This document shows, piece by piece, positions 1-9,169 of a stretch of DNA of 59,275 nt. The notes beneath the pieces were generated by a model, which did no database searches, was not told where the DNA came from, and saw only the letters and a program-made list of their open reading frames with translations. Source of the stretch: Euryarchaeota archaeon UBA433 (lineage in GTDB: Archaea; Thermoplasmatota; Poseidoniia; Poseidoniales; Poseidoniaceae); the NCBI GenBank assembly GCA_002495535.1, contig DAFX01000038.1:2439-61713 (forward strand), given 5' to 3'. Both the position numbers and the translations under genes were made by a program. How positions within the stretch are numbered: position 1 is the first letter of the stretch; every line of letters begins with the position of its first letter.

Positions 1-137
1 TTGTAATTGTTGTTGCGGAGGCGCTTGATGTGGGTCTATTGATTGGTAACCACCTTTTTGCTCTGGCTGCATGTTATCACTAGACTTTCAGTCTATACAT
101 TACTTTCGGTTGATCGGCAGGATGGGCGGTCGATGAG

Positions 138-584
138 TCAATGTTCGACGCGGTTGGCGATCTCTATGGCGGCAAGAAGCATCGCGATTGCCTCGCTTCG
201 ACCTTCTTGGCCGGGGAACACCTGTACCTTTGTCTGGCCTTTGACGGTTGGCCCATCGCCTTCGGCAAGTTGAACCACACCATCGATCAAGGCGTTAAAG
301 TCGAGGCGGAAATGAATTGTATTCGCCTCATCAAGTCGCTGTTCGAGTTCTTCAAGAATAGTTTGGAGGTTCGCACCCCCCAGCATTGCAAGTGCCTTAA
401 GGGCGGGTCCTTTGCGGGTGATTTTGGCTTCGATCATGTGAAGTTCGGACCCGTGGTATGAGGTGGTGCGCTCGATTTCGATCGCTTCATCATCGCCGAT
501 TAACCACGCCAAAGCATCTGCGACCACGTTCTCATCAGCAAGACCACTGGCCGTGGCTCGCCATGTGATGTGATGGAGGCTCAT
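138..584 (-). CDS. Predicted RNA-binding protein, DUF54/COG1931-like (putative exosome-associated family)
   Basis: ORF 138..719 trimmed to the internal Met (MSLHHITW...) so it no longer overlaps the HxlR gene. The pattern TASGLADENVVADALAWL...YHGSELHMIEAKITRKG...EELEQRLDEANTIHFRLDFNAL matches my memory of this family. No search was run. Confidence 0.5.
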   Translation of the reverse strand: MSLHHITWRATASGLADENVVADALAWLIGDDEAIEIERTTSYHGSELHMIEAKITRKGPALKALAMLGGANLQTILEELEQRLDEANTIHFRLDFNALIDGVVQLAEGDGPTVKGQTKVQVFPGQEGRSEAIAMLLAAIEIANRVEH

Positions 585-645
585 GGGTAAGGGTCGACTG
601 CATGGTATTTGATGATTGATGATGGTCTGCAGTTGCTTGACATCT

Positions 646-984
646 TCAGAGCAAGGCGACGTTCCGTTCAACCACCCAATCATACATCGATTGAATGCTC
701 GGGGCAAGGTGCTGAGCATCCTCTGTCAGCATGTATTCCACAGTGGTAGGAAAGGTGTCGAGGACAGAGCGAGTCACTAACCCGTTCTCTTCGAGTTCAA
801 CCAGTCGACGCGTGATTGTGGTCGATGAACTGTCGACTCGTCGTTTGATTTCAGAAAATCGCATTGGTCTTTGCTTGGTGTTCAAAAGGTAAAGGATGTG
901 CAACAATTTCGATTTGTTCAACAAAGCGAGGAGTTTGTCCACACGAGCAAAAACTGGGTCGCAATTTGGTTCCAAATGGGTCAC
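646..984 (-). CDS. HxlR-family winged-helix transcriptional regulator
   Basis: 112 aa. LLNKSKLLHILYLLNTKQRPMRFSEIKRRV...ITRRLVELEENGLVTR...VEYMLTE is a typical HxlR/MarR-like wHTH signature. Confidence 0.75.
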   Translation of the reverse strand: MTHLEPNCDPVFARVDKLLALLNKSKLLHILYLLNTKQRPMRFSEIKRRVDSSSTTITRRLVELEENGLVTRSVLDTFPTTVEYMLTEDAQHLAPSIQSMYDWVVERNVALL

Positions 985-1046
985 CTACACATTGTGTTGA
1001 GTGACGTGGTATTTTACATCAGGGGCCCTTTTGCCTCAATGTTCGT

Positions 1047-1064
1047 AGTGATCAATAAATCACT
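1047..1064. promoter_or_regulatory. Perfect inverted repeat AGTGAT-N6-ATCACT in the divergent intergenic region; candidate operator
   Basis: agtgatcaataaatcact read directly from the sequence. It lies between the HxlR regulator start (984) and the FkbM methyltransferase start (1156). Confidence 0.25.
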
Positions 1065-1155
1065 GGTTGATTGACGAAATGGGTGATTCTTTGCTGCTGC
1101 TTAAGCGAATGAATATTGGAAACAACAATAAGAAGAAGTGTGACGGGAAAAGGAT

Positions 1156-1935
1156 ATGGCAGGTCAACGAATGTTGGAAATTTTACGCAAGGGCGCATTA
1201 TTTTCTCGCATCAAAAGCCGCCTTTATTCACTCATAGAAAGAAAACACTCTGCAATGTCAGTCACTCACAAGGAAGCAATGAAATGGTTTGAGCACCGAA
1301 AAGCAGGTTATGAAGAGCTAATCTCGGCAATTCATCCATATGTGAAACAAGATTCAGTCATTTTCGATGTGGGCGCAAACGTTGGTTACTTCTCCTATTT
1401 ACTGGCTGAGAACATCGACTTCGAAGGATCATTATACCTTTTTGAGCCTCTTCCTAACCTTGCCAAACTTTGTGAAGAGACATTTCAAGGCTCCACCTAT
1501 GAGGCCAAAGTGTTCAACTATGGACTCAGTGATGAGGATTCAGAAGTGGACATATTTGTCGCCAGTAACGGTAATCTTGGCTGGAATACAATTGTCCAAT
1601 CTAAGGCTTCAGATGATATGGAAAAGGTCCGGATCAAACTTAAACAATTCGAGAAGTGCGAGTTGGATGCCACACCGACCTTCATTAAAATCGATGTAGA
1701 AGGTGCAGAGTATCTCGTCCTTCGTGGTATGCTTGATTCAATGAGAAAGTGGAACCCCCTCCCGGTGATCCTATGTGAGGTCGGCTGGGGGAAATCTCAC
1801 CCTAAATGGGACGAAGAAATGAAAGTGTTCGACGAGCTCAAAAAAATGGGCTACTCCATATGTGATCTAAACGGTCTAGAAATAGATGAAAAATCCATAA
1901 CGAGCACAACAGATGTGCTCCTGATTCCCAAATAG
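1156..1935 (+). CDS. FkbM-family SAM-dependent methyltransferase
   Basis: FDVGANVGYFS (SAM-binding loop) and FIKIDVEGAEYLVLRG are the FkbM hallmark motifs. The start may be a downstream Met. Confidence 0.8.
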   Translation: MAGQRMLEILRKGALFSRIKSRLYSLIERKHSAMSVTHKEAMKWFEHRKAGYEELISAIHPYVKQDSVIFDVGANVGYFSYLLAENIDFEGSLYLFEPLPNLAKLCEETFQGSTYEAKVFNYGLSDEDSEVDIFVASNGNLGWNTIVQSKASDDMEKVRIKLKQFEKCELDATPTFIKIDVEGAEYLVLRGMLDSMRKWNPLPVILCEVGWGKSHPKWDEEMKVFDELKKMGYSICDLNGLEIDEKSITSTTDVLLIPK

Positions 1936-1942
1936 TCCTCAC

Positions 1943-1949
1943 TTTTTTT
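1943..1949 (+). terminator. Oligo-T tract (T7) 8 nt after the FkbM stop; candidate archaeal intrinsic terminator
   Basis: tagtcctcacTTTTTTTacc. Archaeal RNA polymerase terminates at oligo-T tracts (established knowledge). Confidence 0.35.
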
Positions 1950-2005
1950 ACCAAATTGAACGCTACACGCGTCATCGCGTTCAGTGAACAATCTATGAAT
2001 GAGAT

Positions 2006-2458
2006 TCAGTGGTACATTGTGCCAAGCCATGCACACACGCGTTCAACCAAGTCAATATCTTGTTTTGAAAAAGCACTGAAATCATCTGAGTCCACATCAA
2101 GAACAGCCACAACTTCACCTTTGAAATTCTTGACAGGAACCACGATCTCGCTGTTGGTGGTTGAACTACAGGCAATGTGCTCAGAACGCTCGTGAACGTT
2201 TGGTACGTCCTGTGTCTCACCTGTTCGAGCAGCAGCCCCACAAATACCCTTTTCAAAAGGTATGTACAGGCAACCATGGCCACCTTGGTAGGGACCAATT
2301 TTCAACATTCCTGGCGAAGTCGTCCGATAAAACCCCGTCCAATTGTAGTGGTCAAAGGCATTGTGTAATTCACATGCCACCGTTGCCATTGCAGCGATCC
2401 AATCATCTTCTCCATCAAGAATTGAAGTGATCCTCCCATAGACTTCATCGTGATCCAT
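2006..2458 (-). CDS. msrC: GAF-domain free methionine-(R)-sulfoxide reductase (fRMsr/YebR-like)
   Basis: 150 aa. WTGFYR...GPYQGGHGCLYIPFEKGICGAAARTGETQDVPNVHE...HIACSSTTNSEIVVPV fits the fRMsr GAF family. Confidence 0.7.
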   Translation of the reverse strand: MDHDEVYGRITSILDGEDDWIAAMATVACELHNAFDHYNWTGFYRTTSPGMLKIGPYQGGHGCLYIPFEKGICGAAARTGETQDVPNVHERSEHIACSSTTNSEIVVPVKNFKGEVVAVLDVDSDDFSAFSKQDIDLVERVCAWLGTMYH

Positions 2459-2669
2459 AGTGTTTCGAGCAAATGTCTCTATTCAAATGTTTATTTTGAA
2501 ACACGATACAATACGTTCGATTTTATTCTGGGGGAAAGTAAGCGGAAGAATCCTCACACCTTTCGTTTATGGTTGGCCATTTTCAACGCAACCCCATGAT
2601 CCTACGCCTGTACAGAGTTTGAATGCTATCTCGGGCATGAGTTCACGCCTTTGAAGGCATTTTCAATTC

Positions 2670-3611
2670 TTACGAAGCATCGGTTTTGTTCGCCTGGGAT
2701 TTATTGAAAAGACCAAGGGCGACCATTATGCCTGAAACTACGAGGGAGGCAAGCATCAACTGCCCAATCAGGTCGTAGTCGGCGTCGACAATGCTCCCGT
2801 TCAACAAAACGTAATCGAATGAGAGGATTGCGCCCATCACCATGAGTGGGATGGATCCTTTGTTGGTGAGCGTCAATTGAGACGGAAGCGGTAATTGCCC
2901 GCCCTTGTCCGAAGTCTTGTTCAGTGGGTCGTAGAAATGAGCAAACAAAACGCCCAATCCTGCACCCAACATGTCGCTCACCAAGTCGGAGGCCGTGTTG
3001 ACGTATCCACCTTGGTCAATTGTTTGGAAAAAGGTCTTGCCGAAGAACTCGTACACTTCATACGCCACGCCGATGGCCACGCTAAGGGAAAAAGCGGTGA
3101 ACGCGACCACTCGAGGTGAAAGTTGCCAACCGTTATGCTCTGACATTCTTCTCCAACCGAGCGACCATGCAATAGCAATGGCTGTGCTGTTCATGCTGTG
3201 GACCAACTTGTCCCACCAGGGGTGGACATGGTACATTCCGTTCACGCCGTCTGCGCACAACCATTCACCGGGTTGCATGCCATCAAAGCACATTGGCCCA
3301 GGTCCGCTGTCTGCAGCGCCGAGGGAGCCACCGATGAAATGGAGCATTGTTGCGAAATACCCTATCCACAACGGGAGAGCTGGGATGTGGGCCTTTCCCT
3401 TCCACAGAATCATCAAGGCCAAAAGAGCCATCATAGCCCCTCCAAAATTGTACCCAGCCCAGAGATTCAGCCCACGGCTAAGGTTCCAAACTGTGAGGAT
3501 TACACAGGAGATGAGCCAAGCCATTACGGGTGCTCTTTCGGGAATTTCAGTTTCCCAAATTCGCTTTCCCCCGCTGGCCATAATTTGCCCGTGTGGTGGA
3601 CCTCTTATCAT
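2670..3611 (-). CDS. Multi-pass integral membrane protein, function unknown
   Basis: Several hydrophobic helices (WLISCVILTVW, GGAMMALLALMILW, LPLWIGYFATMLHFIGG, VVAFTAFSLSVAIGVAYEVYEFF, SDMLGAGLGVLFAHF, LMVMGAILSF, LMLASLVVSGIMVALGLF). The start could be Met1, Met11 or Met30. Confidence 0.55.
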   Translation of the reverse strand: MIRGPPHGQIMASGGKRIWETEIPERAPVMAWLISCVILTVWNLSRGLNLWAGYNFGGAMMALLALMILWKGKAHIPALPLWIGYFATMLHFIGGSLGAADSGPGPMCFDGMQPGEWLCADGVNGMYHVHPWWDKLVHSMNSTAIAIAWSLGWRRMSEHNGWQLSPRVVAFTAFSLSVAIGVAYEVYEFFGKTFFQTIDQGGYVNTASDLVSDMLGAGLGVLFAHFYDPLNKTSDKGGQLPLPSQLTLTNKGSIPLMVMGAILSFDYVLLNGSIVDADYDLIGQLMLASLVVSGIMVALGLFNKSQANKTDAS

Positions 3612-3642
3612 AATTCACCCGTCAATTGATTTTCAACAGAGT

Positions 3643-4584
3643 ATGTCCAATGACTCTGCTTTGCATCGAAAAATAAAATGCAAAGAACGGGGTGCCTCCA
3701 ACATGTTCGAGCGATTACAAGTCCAATCTCGCTCACCTTTTGAGATCCATGACATACTAAGGGGCCTCGAAAACGCTCCAGAAACGATGGTTGAGTCAGA
3801 ACTCTATCTGCCAGAAGGCGATGGTCCGTTTGGGTGCGTCATGGCCCTTCATGGGAGCATGGGTTGGGCGCCTCACCATCAAGACCACGTTGAGGCTTGG
3901 CTTGATGCCGGTCTCGCAGTCTGTAAGGTCAATTCTTTCATTTCAAGATCGATTGATTCGACGGTTGATGACCAACTTTCTGTGACCCATGCGATGATGC
4001 TTGTGGACGCTTTCATGACCCGCTCGTTGTTGGAAAACGACCCACGAATCGGAAAGATTGGTATTAGCGGTTGGAGTCTTGGGGGGACGGTGGCGTTGTA
4101 CTCGGCTTGGTCGCCAATAAGCGAAAAATTAGGGGCGCCATTCGATGCGCATCTGCCATTCTATCCAGCAGCCCATCTTCGCCCAGAGGTACAACAGTGG
4201 TCGCACGCCCCTCTCCTTATTCTTCACGGTGATGCTGATGATTGGACGCCCCTGCATTTTGTTGAGGGGATCATGGCCCAACTTCCCAACGCAACGTTGC
4301 ACACCTATGACGGTGCGCATCATTCATTCGATAGCGAGAAGGAATACACTTGGCTTCCAAAGGCCGTTCACTTGAACAAGCGGACGGTTCGAATTGCGAA
4401 GAGCGGGCACATGTCCGGCGAATTATTCCTCGGTATTCGATGGCCGTTGAACACACGTTGGCAACGGCGCTGGGTGATTCGTATCTTGCGAAACAGAGGC
4501 GCTCACGTGAAAGGCATGGAAAGTGCTCGTTTGGATTCACTCGAACGTGCCAAGGCTTTCCTTGTTGATCACCTCAGCGCCTAG
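3643..4584 (+). CDS. Dienelactone hydrolase / alpha-beta hydrolase family protein
   Basis: Only the 3' part of the 537-aa ORF looks coding: GPFGCVMALHGSMGW, nucleophile elbow GISGWSLGG, LLILHGDADDWTP, YDGAHHSFD. The alternative start is ATG 3703 (MFERL). Confidence 0.75.
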   Translation: MSNDSALHRKIKCKERGASNMFERLQVQSRSPFEIHDILRGLENAPETMVESELYLPEGDGPFGCVMALHGSMGWAPHHQDHVEAWLDAGLAVCKVNSFISRSIDSTVDDQLSVTHAMMLVDAFMTRSLLENDPRIGKIGISGWSLGGTVALYSAWSPISEKLGAPFDAHLPFYPAAHLRPEVQQWSHAPLLILHGDADDWTPLHFVEGIMAQLPNATLHTYDGAHHSFDSEKEYTWLPKAVHLNKRTVRIAKSGHMSGELFLGIRWPLNTRWQRRWVIRILRNRGAHVKGMESARLDSLERAKAFLVDHLSA

Positions 4585-4609
4585 AATGGCTGATCTACGC
4601 CGAATGACT

Positions 4610-4849
4610 TCACTCCTGTGTGGTCTTTGGTGATGGAACAACCCGAATTTCTGATTGAGTTTCAAACGATTTAGATTTGTAAAGAATCACTCCGAAGACA
4701 GTGCACACGAGCGGCGCGAAAAGCAAGGGAATGAGGGCTGTGACAAGTTGCGTGACTGCAAAGAGTGAAAGCCCAAGTAAGCCGAACACATACCCGGCAA
4801 TATTTGTGACTGAAAACACTCGCTTAGATTCTGATAGGACTCCGTTCAT
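4610..4849 (-). CDS. Small two-TM membrane protein (hypothetical)
   Basis: Trimmed to Met18 (MNGVLSE...). It has two hydrophobic segments, IAGYVFGLLGLSLFAVTQLV and LIPLLFAPLVCTVFGVILY. Confidence 0.35.
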   Translation of the reverse strand: MNGVLSESKRVFSVTNIAGYVFGLLGLSLFAVTQLVTALIPLLFAPLVCTVFGVILYKSKSFETQSEIRVVPSPKTTQE

Positions 4850-4937
4850 GGTGTGGAAACGGAAAGGGAGGTATATGACGCTGTGTTTTTTGATGAACAA
4901 GAGAACAACTTCTCAGTCGTCCGTTTATTCGTGTTTA

Positions 4938-5384
4938 TCATTCGTCTTTCACGTGGACAAGATCTTGGATACGAAACGCGCCTTCACCTCGTGCCAAAAT
5001 CGCTTTGCTCGCCCCCTCAACAACAAACCAATGAATCGTTTCTTCACTCGGGATGTTCAAGTTTTGGCGAAATTTCAGTTTGTCAAGGTAGAGCGTGATG
5101 GTTCTCGTGCGTGTGATCGGGTCTCTAAATGCAGCGCGCATGATGCCATCCAAACGCATTTGTCTAAACATGGATGAAGTTTTGATCACGGGCAACTCAA
5201 GCACATGGTGCGTTTGGTCGATGCCCGCTGACTGCAACACTTGAATCGACTGATTGACGAGATTTTGGTGCCACTGTTGGAAGGCGACAATGACGACGAG
5301 GTTCTTGTCCGTATAGTCGTCCGGGACTGTGGTCACGGTCTTGTGCAGATTTTTCCCCGTGACGCTTGGAAAGACCTCTGCCAT
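4938..5384 (-). CDS. Hypothetical protein (possible thioredoxin-fold-like, no CxxC)
   Basis: 148-aa ORF with protein-like composition and no recognisable catalytic motif. Confidence 0.4.
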   Translation of the reverse strand: MAEVFPSVTGKNLHKTVTTVPDDYTDKNLVVIVAFQQWHQNLVNQSIQVLQSAGIDQTHHVLELPVIKTSSMFRQMRLDGIMRAAFRDPITRTRTITLYLDKLKFRQNLNIPSEETIHWFVVEGASKAILARGEGAFRIQDLVHVKDE

Positions 5385-5568
5385 GTAGAATGATAGAGTT
5401 CATCCGCACTTAACAACTCGTTCAAAACCAATGCTTTTTTTCGCCCGAGTCCCTCGATTTCATCCGTGTTTTAGCCTCCTGCCTCAGGGGGTTCTTGAAA
5501 TAGGGGAGGTTTGTCGCAGGGTTGCAAGTGGGGTAGCCCCCGCAATACACACACCCAGAGTTGATCCC

Positions 5569-6540
5569 ATGGCAAAGAAAGTAAGTGCAAAGGCACGTGC
5601 AGCAGCACGTAAGCAACGAGACAAGTGGAAGATGAAGCGCTGGTACACGATTCGTGCACCTCGCAATCCGTGGGAATTTAAGAAAATTGGAGAAACTTTG
5701 GGCGAGTCCGATGAGCATATCATGGGCCGTGTGTATGAAATGACGCAGCAAGAATTCAATGGTGACTTCACCAAGATGCACGTGATCCTCAGATTCCGTG
5801 TCACTGAATGTGTTGGCCAAGACGCCTTGACCACATTCATCGGTCACCACCATCAAACTGACCATATCCGCCGACAAATCCGCAGATACCGTGGAAAGGT
5901 CGACGATGTCATCGACGTCGTTTCAACCGACGGATACCTTGTTCGATTGAAGCCACTGATCATCACGCAGAAGCGTGTCCAGACGTCAATCAAGCAAGCC
6001 ATGCGAGCTAAGACACGTGAATTGATCGTCGCTTTTGCATCCAAATCCACCTACGCCAAGATCCAAACTCAAATTTTGGACGGCACCATGGAAGAAGAAA
6101 TCCGCAAGGCTGTTAAGCCAATCTACCCTGTAAAGAGCGTCGCTGTCCGCAAGAGCCAACTCTTGCAAGAAGGTGTCGTCAATGAGAAAGGTAAGACCCT
6201 CGACGAAATCCACGCTGAAGAAGCACGCAGCGATGCTGAACTCAAGGCAAAGAAGGCAGCAGCCCTCGCAGCAGCCATGGAAGATGAGGAAGAAGAAGCA
6301 GACGCTCCTTCAATCCTTGACGCCGCTGAAGCAATGGAACCTGCCTCCGAAAAGGCCGAGGCACCTGCTGAAGAAGCACCTGCCGAAGAAGCCGCTCCTG
6401 AAGAAGCACCTGCCGAAGAAGCAGCAGCCGACGTTGACCACAGCAAGATGACCGTTGCTGAGTTGAAGGAACTGCTCAAGGCCGCTGGCAAGACAGTCTC
6501 TGGAAAGAAGGCTGACTTGATCGCACGCCTCAACGAGTGA
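5569..6540 (+). CDS. rps3ae: 30S ribosomal protein S3Ae (eS1) with acidic linker and C-terminal SAP/HeH-like motif
   Basis: MAKKVSAKARAAARKQRDKWKMKRWYTIRAP...GRVYEMT...FTKMHVILRFRV is a classic S3Ae N-terminus. The C-terminus adds EEEEADAP...(APAEE)n...MTVAELKELLKAAGKTVSGKKADLIARLNE. Confidence 0.9.
   Translation: MAKKVSAKARAAARKQRDKWKMKRWYTIRAPRNPWEFKKIGETLGESDEHIMGRVYEMTQQEFNGDFTKMHVILRFRVTECVGQDALTTFIGHHHQTDHIRRQIRRYRGKVDDVIDVVSTDGYLVRLKPLIITQKRVQTSIKQAMRAKTRELIVAFASKSTYAKIQTQILDGTMEEEIRKAVKPIYPVKSVAVRKSQLLQEGVVNEKGKTLDEIHAEEARSDAELKAKKAAALAAAMEDEEEEADAPSILDAAEAMEPASEKAEAPAEEAPAEEAAPEEAPAEEAAADVDHSKMTVAELKELLKAAGKTVSGKKADLIARLNE
6361..6420 (+). repeat. Four tandem 15-bp units encoding (A-P-A-E-E)-like repeats inside rps3ae
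   Basis: gcacctgctgaagaa / gcacctgccgaagaa / gccgctcctgaagaa / gcacctgccgaagaa, read directly from the sequence. Confidence 0.9.
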
Positions 6541-6639
6541 AGCCCCTATGGCCCGCCTCGTTCAAGTGACCAGCGAAAGCAAGGTCCCGGTGGCTAAAAC
6601 GGCCACAGGGTTGATAGCAACTAAGGCAAGGTGAGGAAC

Positions 6640-7428
6640 ATGGAAAGACTCGGTGTGATTGGAGGTACTGGACTCATTGACATGACGTTGGGTGAAGAAC
6701 TCAAGACCCACGGTCTGGAGTTGGTTCACAAGGATCAAGTGACCGTGGAAACTTCGTATGGTGATGTCCCTCTGACCTGCATGGAACTGACTCATGGAAG
6801 CAAAAAGAAGCAACTGATTTTTCTTCAACGCCATCACAATTCTGGCTCACCGAGTCGTCCACCTCACATGATCGAGCACCGTGCTAACATTCGGGCGTTG
6901 TTTGATGCTGGTTGTGAAGGCGTCATGGCCGTGTGCTCGGTTGGTGCAATCCCTGAGGATTTTCCACCAGGCAAAGTCGCTCTTGCCGACCAATACATCG
7001 ATTTCACCGGTCATCAAAGCACCTTCCATGACGATGCAGCCGTCTTCACGTCGGTGACTGAGCCATTCGATTCGAATCTCAATGCTGCGCTTGAAGCGGT
7101 GCTGCGTTCAAGTCAAAGTTTCGATGCGGACGAACGAATGCATTACACCTATTGGCTTGCACAGGGGCCACATTTTGAAACGAAAGCAGAAATTGACGCC
7201 ATCGACAGGCTTGGCGGTCATATGGTTGGCATGACCATGCCCAGGGAGGCAAAATTGGCAAGAGAATTGAACCTAGCATATGCAGCGGTGTGCATCTCCT
7301 CAAACTGGGCGGCTGGGCGAGAACCTGGCAACGCCAGCCAAGATTTAGATCATCACAGTGTGTCTTCGCAAGCCAACAGAAGGTTAGCACCAGTGTGGGC
7401 GTGTATGCTCGATTTGCTCACATCCTGA
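6640..7428 (+). CDS. mtnP: S-methyl-5'-thioadenosine phosphorylase / PNP-family nucleoside phosphorylase
   Basis: GVIGGTGL..., FLQRHH, PPHMIEHRANIRAL, SVGAI, GPHFETKAEI, GGHMVGMTMPREAKLAREL. GGTGAGG lies upstream of ATG 6640, and GTG 6631 is an alternative start. Confidence 0.8.
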   Translation: MERLGVIGGTGLIDMTLGEELKTHGLELVHKDQVTVETSYGDVPLTCMELTHGSKKKQLIFLQRHHNSGSPSRPPHMIEHRANIRALFDAGCEGVMAVCSVGAIPEDFPPGKVALADQYIDFTGHQSTFHDDAAVFTSVTEPFDSNLNAALEAVLRSSQSFDADERMHYTYWLAQGPHFETKAEIDAIDRLGGHMVGMTMPREAKLARELNLAYAAVCISSNWAAGREPGNASQDLDHHSVSSQANRRLAPVWACMLDLLTS

Positions 7429-7468
7429 ACATCGAAGGCATTAACCTGCTCCGCTTCAACGCAGGGCT

Positions 7469-7840
7469 ATGAAAGGCAAGAATACTGAACAGTGGATGGC
7501 GCACGAGGCCAGCCACGAATGGGACGTTATGATGAAAAAAGTGGCAGCGTTTCATCACAAACATGACTTTGAAGCAAACAACGGTCACGACATGGGGTAT
7601 CGAATCGCTTTGACGGTTGAAGAACTGGGTGAATTTGCAGCAGCTGTCACCAAAGGTAAGCCCCTCGAAGACTGTGCCGAGGAAATGGCTGATGTGTTGT
7701 TGCTGTTGATGGGCCACGCCATCGCAATGGAAGTCGATCTCAAGGACGCTTTTGAGAAAAAGTATGCGAAGATTATGCAACGCCCCTCAAGACAAGGTCG
7801 CTTAGGCCTAAGGGTGACTGAATACACCCCAGATGAGTGA
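7469..7840 (+). CDS. MazG-like nucleotide pyrophosphohydrolase
   Basis: 123 aa. LTVEELGEFAAAV...EEMADVLLLLMGHAI...KYAKIMQR fits the EExxE/D all-alpha NTP-PPase motif. Confidence 0.7.
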   Translation: MKGKNTEQWMAHEASHEWDVMMKKVAAFHHKHDFEANNGHDMGYRIALTVEELGEFAAAVTKGKPLEDCAEEMADVLLLLMGHAIAMEVDLKDAFEKKYAKIMQRPSRQGRLGLRVTEYTPDE

Positions 7841-8308
7841 TCAGCGTATCCAGTGCTGGAACGTCATGTTGTGCTCGTCTCGAGGCCCTGCTTGCACATG
7901 CCGCTCGCCAATCAGGTGAAATCCTTCACCGTCCAGCGATGGGGCGAATGTATCTGCCCCTTCGACTTCAGTGTGGACGATTGTCCGATGAATCTCTTTG
8001 GTGTGTTCCATAAACAGAGCGTAAATTTCCCCTCCTCCGATGATCATGATTTCTTCATCCTCGCCAAGTGCAAGAACAGCATCAAAATCCAAGACCTCAA
8101 TGTCGTCGTGTGAAGACCTCGACATGACGATGTTTCGCCGGCCTGGAAGTGCTTTTGGCAGGCTGTCCCATGTCTTGCGCCCCATGACAATAGTTTTCGA
8201 CATTGTCACTCGCTTGAAATGTTGTAAATCACTCGATTGGCGCCAAGGTAAATCCCCGTCCTTCCCGATGGCACCTTTCGTATCGCAAGCAAAAATCATC
8301 GTGAACAT
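7841..8308 (-). CDS. folA: Dihydrofolate reductase
   Basis: IGKDGDLPWR...DLQHFKRVTMSKTIVMGRKTWDSLP...LPGRRNIVMSR...MIIGGGEIY. Confidence 0.9.
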   Translation of the reverse strand: MFTMIFACDTKGAIGKDGDLPWRQSSDLQHFKRVTMSKTIVMGRKTWDSLPKALPGRRNIVMSRSSHDDIEVLDFDAVLALGEDEEIMIIGGGEIYALFMEHTKEIHRTIVHTEVEGADTFAPSLDGEGFHLIGERHVQAGPRDEHNMTFQHWIR

Positions 8309-8317
8309 GGCGATCCC

Positions 8318-9145
8318 TCAGACTGCAATTGGGGCCGATATGTGCGGGTGATGTTCGTAGCCAAGAACTTGAATGTCATCGAATGTAAATCCGTCAATGC
8401 TGGTGACTTCAGGGTTCAATTGTAAGGTTGGAAGCGCCATTGGTTCCCTGCTCATTTGCAATTTCGCCTGCTCGAGGTGATTGCTGTAGAGGTGAGCATC
8501 GCCCAGCGTGTGGACGAATGCCCCTGCTTTCAAACCGCATACCTGGGCCATCATGTGAGTGAGGAGGGCGTAAGAAGCAATATTGAAGGGCACGCCCAAG
8601 AACACATCAGCGCTTCTCTGGTAGAGTTGGCAATTCAGCTTCCCGTTTGCCACGTGGAATTGGAAAAACGCATGGCAGGGCATCAAAGCCATCTCGTCCA
8701 GTTCACCAACGTTCCATGCAGAGACAATAATTCGCCGGCTGTTTGGATTGTTTTTGATCATGTCAATCGCTTGCTCCACCTGGTCGATGATTCGTCCGTC
8801 CTTTGACTCCCATCGTCGCCACTGCTTGCCATAGACGGGCCCTAGATCTCCGTTTTCATCCGCCCATTCGTTCCAAATTCGAACGCCATTTTCCTGCAAG
8901 TAGGCCACATTTGTGTCGCCTTTCAAAAACCATAACAATTCGTGGACAATCGAGCGCAAGTGAAGTTTCTTGGTGGTCACCATGGGGAAACCCTTCGAGA
9001 GGTCGAACCGCATTTGATGGCCGAACACCGAAAGGGTTCCAGTGCCCGTTCTGTCGCCCTTTGTCTCTCCTTCATCGAGGATTCTTGCCATCAGTTCATG
9101 GTAGACTTGCACGGACTCACCACACCTTCGTTGGAACGGAGGCAC
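8318..9145 (-). CDS. thyA: Thymidylate synthase (ThyA type)
   Basis: [67 protein letters not shown]. The start may be an internal GTG just before VQVYHELM. Confidence 0.95.
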   Translation of the reverse strand: MPPFQRRCGESVQVYHELMARILDEGETKGDRTGTGTLSVFGHQMRFDLSKGFPMVTTKKLHLRSIVHELLWFLKGDTNVAYLQENGVRIWNEWADENGDLGPVYGKQWRRWESKDGRIIDQVEQAIDMIKNNPNSRRIIVSAWNVGELDEMALMPCHAFFQFHVANGKLNCQLYQRSADVFLGVPFNIASYALLTHMMAQVCGLKAGAFVHTLGDAHLYSNHLEQAKLQMSREPMALPTLQLNPEVTSIDGFTFDDIQVLGYEHHPHISAPIAV

Positions 9146-9169
9146 TTGAGGGTTCTTGAGGTGCCCGCT

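Noticed and set aside
2971-3642. The 5' two-thirds of the 537-aa plus-strand ORF, running antisense through the membrane-protein gene.
   Set aside because: The translated sequence is low-quality (Pro/Ser/Arg/Trp-rich, no motifs). Recognisable dienelactone-hydrolase homology only begins after Met 3643/3703. The minus-strand frame encodes clean TM helices. I treat it as a shadow ORF.
5385-5568. Short GC hairpins (GGGGTAGCCCC; CCTCC…GGAGG) and a T7 run upstream of rps3ae, considered as a structured leader or sRNA.
   Set aside because: The stems are short and I see no conserved motif, so I cannot distinguish them from chance without covariance or expression data.
6123-6533. 136-aa Ala/Ser-rich minus-strand ORF.
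   Set aside because: It is the mirror image of the acidic, repeat-containing C-terminal extension of rps3ae. The low-complexity antisense frame stays open by composition alone.
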